In this document: positions 62,956-64,000 of the stretch, piece by piece
Layout: each line of letters opens with the position of its first letter
How positions within the stretch are numbered: position 1 is the first letter of the stretch
NCBI GenBank assembly: GCA_040285745.1
Contig: JAUFOR010000003.1
Coordinates: 806,001 to 870,000, forward strand
From: Barthelona sp. PCE
Taxonomy: Eukaryota
Reading direction: 5' to 3'
DNA: 64,000 nt
Translations under genes and position numbers: made by a program
The notes under the pieces: generated by a model
Told to the model about the DNA's origin: nothing
Seen by the model: only the letters and a program-made list of their open reading frames with translations
The model's database searches: none

Positions 62956-64000
62956 ATGTCTGGAACAACAGAAACCTTTATATCTCATCCGCTTGGAATT
63001 CTCACAGTTATTTTATTCGCTATTGGACTTGTGTTTGTCATTTTAGAAGAGATAACACATATTAAGAAGAGTAAGGTCCTCATGGTTACCTCAGGACTGT
63101 CCTGGTTGCTTGTAGCAATCAAATTCGATGGAAAAAAAACAGATGATGGACACTCATGGGTAGCACACTCAATCGAAGAGTATTTAGTGGAATACACCCA
63201 GCTTTTCTTGTTTTTATTAGCAGCAATGACTTTTGTGAACGCAATGAGCTCTCTTGGACTTTTCAATTTTCTCCGTGAGTGGATCATTAACAAACGTCTA
63301 AAGAAGCGCGCTATGTTCTGGCTCACGGGCTGTGCAGCCTTTCTGCTCTCACCCATTGCCGACAACCTGACCACCGCGCTCATACTTGGTGAGACTTTGG
63401 CCAACATTGGTGGTATCGTTACCGGACACCAGTCTGACTCTGATTCTGACTTCATCCACGACCTGGGTATTCCCCAGGAGAAGGTTCAGCAGATATGCAA
63501 GGACTTTGGAATACAATACGAAGGCGAAGAGGACACCTTGTCGGAGGATGATCCTATTGTTCTTGCATTCAGCCCCGGCATCGAGCTTAAGTCTGATGGA
63601 GAAAACTCGCCTAACATCCGTTATGATGCGTCATTCGACTACGAAGCAGGTACCTCTCGTGAGTTCGAGCTGCAGTCTCCGTCACCATCTCTCAGCATCA
63701 GTGTTACTGATTCAAACATGCTTAACCTCAACATCCCCTCTGCACTCCGCAAGTCATCATCATGCCCACCTAACACAATGACGGATCACCTATTCGACAC
63801 TGCGAAGATGAAGACGCTCGAAATGATCAAGGATGAGCGTGCAGCCGATAATAAGTTCGTAGCAGCTGCCATCTCCAACGTCGTCATCGCGGCGAATGCA
63901 GGAGGTGCTTTTTCACCGTTTGGTGACGTTACAACTCTAATGGTATGGCAAGCCCAAAAAGCGTCATTCACAGAGTTTTTCGCACTAATTCTTCCTTCGC
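62956..64000 (+). CDS. nhaD: NhaD-type Na+/H+ antiporter, 3' partial, absent from the ORF track
   Basis: Open frame from ATG 62956 to the window end: LEEITHIKKSK, LFLFLLAAMTFVNAM, SPIADNLTTAL, AANAGGAFSPFGDVTTLMVWQ. Confidence 0.9.
   Translation, partial: MSGTTETFISHPLGILTVILFAIGLVFVILEEITHIKKSKVLMVTSGLSWLLVAIKFDGKKTDDGHSWVAHSIEEYLVEYTQLFLFLLAAMTFVNAMSSLGLFNFLREWIINKRLKKRAMFWLTGCAAFLLSPIADNLTTALILGETLANIGGIVTGHQSDSDSDFIHDLGIPQEKVQQICKDFGIQYEGEEDTLSEDDPIVLAFSPGIELKSDGENSPNIRYDASFDYEAGTSREFELQSPSPSLSISVTDSNMLNLNIPSALRKSSSCPPNTMTDHLFDTAKMKTLEMIKDERAADNKFVAAAISNVVIAANAGGAFSPFGDVTTLMVWQAQKASFTEFFALILPS

Noticed and set aside
1-64000. tRNA, rRNA, CRISPR arrays, alternative genetic code
   Set aside because: None recognised by eye; conserved genes end normally at TAA, TAG and TGA.

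Overview
Gene-dense eukaryotic genomic DNA in the standard genetic code, with about 45 genes and intergenic gaps mostly under 400 nt. It comes from a flagellated protist, probably a metamonad (inference). The support is ciliary genes (IFT46, IFT70/TTC30, Rab28, B9/MKS1-like, RSPH10B-like, CFAP36-like), rare short GT-AG introns with the branch point fixed 7 nt from the 3' end as in Giardia and Trichomonas, and an AGTAAA motif at or just after many stop codons. Housekeeping genes include MCM3, FEN1, XPF, RNASEH2B, RPS8, RPS18, RPL19, EF1B, Rpn8, alpha-SNAP, Vps16, Sec10-like, Aladin, a CDK and an AGC kinase. The most striking feature is a ~0.9 kb GC-rich, sharply bounded, structured cassette carrying an acidic-tailed histone H2B. 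It is present as two near-identical inverted copies (19070-19975 and 29390-30290) around a 9.4 kb block. Other notable items: a bacterial-type NamZ muramidase fused to an alpha/beta hydrolase, an NhaD antiporter with a ~144-aa insertion (missed by the ORF track), a structured 196-nt RPS8 intron, an AGC kinase with no usable in-frame ATG, and several unusual domain architectures. All product calls come from motif recognition by eye, not database searches.
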